Positions 7,887 to 10,575 of a DNA stretch of 10,575 bases are shown piece by piece (position 1 is the first letter of the stretch; each line of letters opens with the position of its first letter). Position numbers and translations under genes: made by a program. The notes under the pieces are model-generated. The model was given only the letters and a program-made list of their open reading frames with translations. It searched no databases and was not told where the DNA came from. Source of the stretch: Candidatus Hydrogenedentota bacterium (GTDB taxonomy: Bacteria; Hydrogenedentota; Hydrogenedentia; Hydrogenedentales; SLHB01); assembly GCA_034408725.1 (NCBI GenBank), contig JAWXCN010000127.1, forward strand, positions 1-10,575, given 5' to 3'.

Positions 7887-7995
7887 GTGGCACTCATAAT
7901 GGAATCGCCCTGGAAGTGAATATCAATCTTCCCTCGGCGCTTCCCATGCGTTACACTGCTCACTCCGCAACCAAACCCAACAGGAGCCCGCCGCC

Positions 7996-9366
7996 GTGCC
8001 TGATTTACAACCTAAAAAACGTTCATGGTTCCGCCTGTTACTCCGTTGGACCATCCAGTTCGTTCTCGTCGTTTTAATTCTCGGGACGTTCGTCCTCGCT
8101 TTCTTTTTCCGTGGCGCGCTCTACAACCGCTTCTACCAGTTTCCGCGCCAGGCGGATGCCTGGGCGCAGATCGCGGCTTCGCGCCAATACGTCACCCTCG
8201 ACGATGGCTGGCCCGAATACCGCGGCGTGTGCCACAGCCACTCCGAACTATCGCATGACAGCGAGGTGAAGCATCCCGATATCCTGCGCGCGGCGAAGAT
8301 CGCGGACATCAATTTCATCTGCATGACGGACCACGCGACGGACGGAGGCGTCGCGGATTATTCCAAAGGCTGGCGCGACTTGCACGACGGCGTGCTGTTC
8401 ATTCGCGGCTTCGAGCTTGGCCACGGTTATATGCCCTGGGGGTTGCCCGACGATACGATCTTGTCGAAGGACACCGACCCTGCAACCCTTGCCGAAGAGA
8501 TCGCCGCAAAAGGCGGTGTGCTTTTCTTCGCGCACTCGGAAGAAGAACGCGACTGGGAATTGCCGCAACTCAACGGCATGGAGATTTACAACATCCATAC
8601 CGACGTGAAAGACGAGGGCTACGAAAACGGTATGGCTGGCGTGCTCAGAAACATGGGCGGAGACTTCCTCTTTTCTCTTGGGAAATACCCCGATCAGACG
8701 ATGCGCCTTTTGTTCGACCGTCAAATGGACATTTTGAAGCACTGGGACGAGCTCAACATGGAACGAAAGGTCGTCGGCATTACCGCGAGCGACGCCCACC
8801 AAAACTTTGGATTCCGCGGTTCGTACACCGACGACGGGAACCTCCGCTTCCGCGACACCAGCCCGGACGAGGGTGACATCATTGAACTGAACTGGTTCAC
8901 CCGCTCGCTGCTGCGTCTGTTCTTTGGGCCGCTCGAATCTGGCCGCCAACTCTTTCGCGTTGATCTCGACCGCTACGAACGCAGCCTGCGCTTTTCCAAC
9001 ACCCACATCCTCGCGCGGGAACTAACCGAACCCGCGGTGATCGATGCACTTCGTTCGGGCCGCGTATTCGTCGGGTTCGACATGCTCGCCGATGCGCGCG
9101 GGTTCACATTCCTGGCCGAGGCCAACGGCGCCAAAGCCGTCATGGGCGAGGAAATTCCCATGCAGACCGGTCTCACCCTCCGCGCCGAATCGCCCGTACC
9201 CTGCCGGTTCACTTTGGTCCACAATGGCGTTTACGGCGAAACCCGGGAGAGCAGGAATTTCGACGCCGCCGTCACCGAACCCGGCATCTACCGCATCGAA
9301 GCTGAACTCTTCATCGTCAACGAATGGGTACCCTGGGTCTACACCAACCATATCCGCGTAAAATAA
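7996..9366 (+). CDS. Membrane-anchored PHP-domain metallohydrolase (CehA/McbA-like), 456 aa
   Basis: AGGAG RBS (7982-7986), GTG start. Basic N-terminus plus one TM. PHP metal motifs HSHS, TDH, GFE, AH, SDAH; C-terminal IDALRSGR...YRIE...WVYTNHI tail. Confidence 0.82.
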   Translation: MPDLQPKKRSWFRLLLRWTIQFVLVVLILGTFVLAFFFRGALYNRFYQFPRQADAWAQIAASRQYVTLDDGWPEYRGVCHSHSELSHDSEVKHPDILRAAKIADINFICMTDHATDGGVADYSKGWRDLHDGVLFIRGFELGHGYMPWGLPDDTILSKDTDPATLAEEIAAKGGVLFFAHSEEERDWELPQLNGMEIYNIHTDVKDEGYENGMAGVLRNMGGDFLFSLGKYPDQTMRLLFDRQMDILKHWDELNMERKVVGITASDAHQNFGFRGSYTDDGNLRFRDTSPDEGDIIELNWFTRSLLRLFFGPLESGRQLFRVDLDRYERSLRFSNTHILARELTEPAVIDALRSGRVFVGFDMLADARGFTFLAEANGAKAVMGEEIPMQTGLTLRAESPVPCRFTLVHNGVYGETRESRNFDAAVTEPGIYRIEAELFIVNEWVPWVYTNHIRVK

Positions 9367-9374
9367 TTAAGAAA

Positions 9375-9482
9375 AGCGCTCCGCGAGGATTTTAGACGTC
9401 ACTTCGCCACGCGCAGCGCCTTGGACTGCGGCGTGTCAGCGCCGCTTTCACTTCGGATAACCGAATGCCTCAATAAATTCGC
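9375..9482 (-). repeat. Right copy of ~107-bp inverted repeat
   Basis: Reverse complement aligns with 7780-7886 (42-bp exact core) and with 7621-7672. Confidence 0.9.
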
Positions 9483-9518
9483 TCGCTTGCGGCAGGTTCC
9501 GCGACCGCGCTTCAACTA

Positions 9519-9527
9519 TGCTATACT
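9519..9527 (+). promoter_or_regulatory. Possible extended -10 promoter for the SGNH gene
   Basis: TGCTATACT (TGn plus TATACT) about 77 bp upstream of ATG 9604; no clear -35. Confidence 0.3.
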
Positions 9528-9603
9528 CCCTATCGCGCATGTGCGGTGCGCGCTCGTTTTGGTGCGGATTAATCTTCGCGGGGTTATGAAGGAGCGGTGT
9601 GCC

Positions 9604-10341
9604 ATGCCTTCCGCGGCGCATTCTCTCGATCAGTTTGTGCGGTTCATGGTGTTGCGGTTTGCCCCTGCTTTCGTGGGCATTGCGCTGCTAATCCTGTTCG
9701 GCGCGGCAAAGGACCTTCCCGCCGCGGATCGATGGGAAGGCGCAATCAAGGCCTTCGAAGCGAAGGACATAGAGAACCCGCCTCAATCAGGTTCCGTCCT
9801 GTTTATCGGCAGTTCGAGCATCCGCATGTGGGACCTCGCGAAATCGTTCCCGGGCCTCGCCACCATTAACCGTGGCTTCGGCGGCTCATACCTGCGAGAT
9901 TCCACGCACTACGCGGACCGCATCGCCATTCCTTACCAACCCCGCGCCATCATCCTCTACGCCGGCGACAACGACATCGCCAGCGGAATTACCGCCGACG
10001 AGTTGCTCATCGACTTCAAAGCTTTCGAAGCCACCATCCGAAAGGTATTGCCGGAAACAAGTATCATCTATCTTTCGATTAAACCCAGCGTGAAACGCTG
10101 GGACCAGTACCCCGAACAACAAAAAGCCAACAAACTTATTGCGGACTACGCGAAATCCGGCCAGCGCCTGCGCTTTGTCGATGTTGGCACGCCCCTCCTC
10201 GGCGAGGACGGAAAACCCCGCGCAGACCTGCTGTTAAAGGACGGCCTGCATCTCAATGAGGCGGGTTATGCCATTTGGAACAAAGTGCTCGACGCCGAGT
10301 TGAAGTCGCTCTTGGCGGCACCCATAAAGCAGGCCGCATAG
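9604..10341 (+). CDS. SGNH/GDSL-family hydrolase (esterase/lipase), probably exported, ~245 aa
   Basis: Block I FIGSSSI, block II NRGFGG, block III YAGDND, block V DGLHLN; hydrophobic N-terminal segment. AAGGAG (9589-9594) favours ATG 9604; ATG 9646 is an alternative. Confidence 0.92.
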   Translation: MPSAAHSLDQFVRFMVLRFAPAFVGIALLILFGAAKDLPAADRWEGAIKAFEAKDIENPPQSGSVLFIGSSSIRMWDLAKSFPGLATINRGFGGSYLRDSTHYADRIAIPYQPRAIILYAGDNDIASGITADELLIDFKAFEATIRKVLPETSIIYLSIKPSVKRWDQYPEQQKANKLIADYAKSGQRLRFVDVGTPLLGEDGKPRADLLLKDGLHLNEAGYAIWNKVLDAELKSLLAAPIKQAA

Positions 10342-10346
10342 CAGTT

Positions 10347-10436
10347 CGGGTATCGGGTATCGCAATCAAAATTATCGCAATCAAAATCGCGATGGAAAGC
10401 TCGTAATTGGGTTTTCGGTATCGCCATCGGAAATCG
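10347..10436. repeat. ATCG-based low-complexity repeats including CGGGTATCGGGTATCG and an exact 15-bp tandem duplication
   Basis: CGGGTATCGGGTATCG at 10347-10362; TATCGCAATCAAAAT x2 (10358-10372, 10373-10387); TTCGGT ATCGCC ATCGGA run near 10414-10431. Confidence 0.75.
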
Positions 10437-10446
10437 CTTCTTATAA

Positions 10447-10528
10447 ATCGTATATGTCCTATAAGTCCTAAAAGTCCTATTAGGTCGTATAGGTCCCAGA
10501 GGTCCCAGAGGTCCCATGAGACCTATGA
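10447..10528. repeat. Degenerate nonamer tandem repeat (GTCCYATAR-like) x9
   Basis: ATCGTATAT GTCCTATAA GTCCTAAAA GTCCTATTAG GTCGTATAG GTCCCAGAG GTCCCAGAG GTCCCATGA GACCTATGA. Confidence 0.88.
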
Positions 10529-10551
10529 GTCGCAAGCGATGCGCCACTCTA

Positions 10552-10575
10552 CGATACCCCGATACCCCGATACCC
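10552..10575. repeat. Octamer repeat (CCCCGATA)n, truncated by window end
   Basis: CGATA CCCCGATA CCCCGATA CCC; one C longer than the heptamer at 1-126. Confidence 0.8.

Noticed and set aside
7888..7902. Sigma54-like TGGCAC upstream of the PHP gene
   Set aside because: The -12 position reads ATGG, not TTGC.
7403..7963. ORFs across the 7606-7995 gap, and the 9421 start of the SGNH ORF
   Set aside because: The shared peptide DCGVSAPLSLR in both is a translation of the dispersed repeat, not protein homology.
10266..10547. Collagen-like GPLGPLGP ORF on the minus strand
   Set aside because: Product of the nonamer repeat; overlaps the SGNH 3' end.

Overview
GC-rich bacterial chromosomal window with eight apparently intact genes, one pseudogene and repeat-rich intergenic DNA. 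Left block (+): a Cys-poor, probably zinc-independent ribosomal protein L33 gene heads an apparent operon with a LolD-like ABC ATPase, a MacB/FtsX-type permease and a His-motif lipoprotein. This layout suggests a zinc-starvation module like P. aeruginosa PA4063-66 or V. cholerae zrg (inference). A 254-bp repeat-filled segment between the ATPase and permease is bounded by ATGA on both sides and carries an ORF overlapping both genes by 4 nt. Next come a REP-associated HUH/Y1 tyrosine transposase (RAYT) pseudogene with two in-frame stops and inverted REP-like flanks, a DJ-1/PfpI gene (-), a ~1000-aa secreted DUF5107-like/TPR protein, a membrane-anchored PHP-family metallohydrolase bracketed by ~107-bp inverted repeats, and an SGNH/GDSL hydrolase. 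Most intergenic gaps hold their own short-repeat family, and both window ends fall in CCCGATA-type arrays. Family assignments come from motifs recognised by eye; no searches were run.
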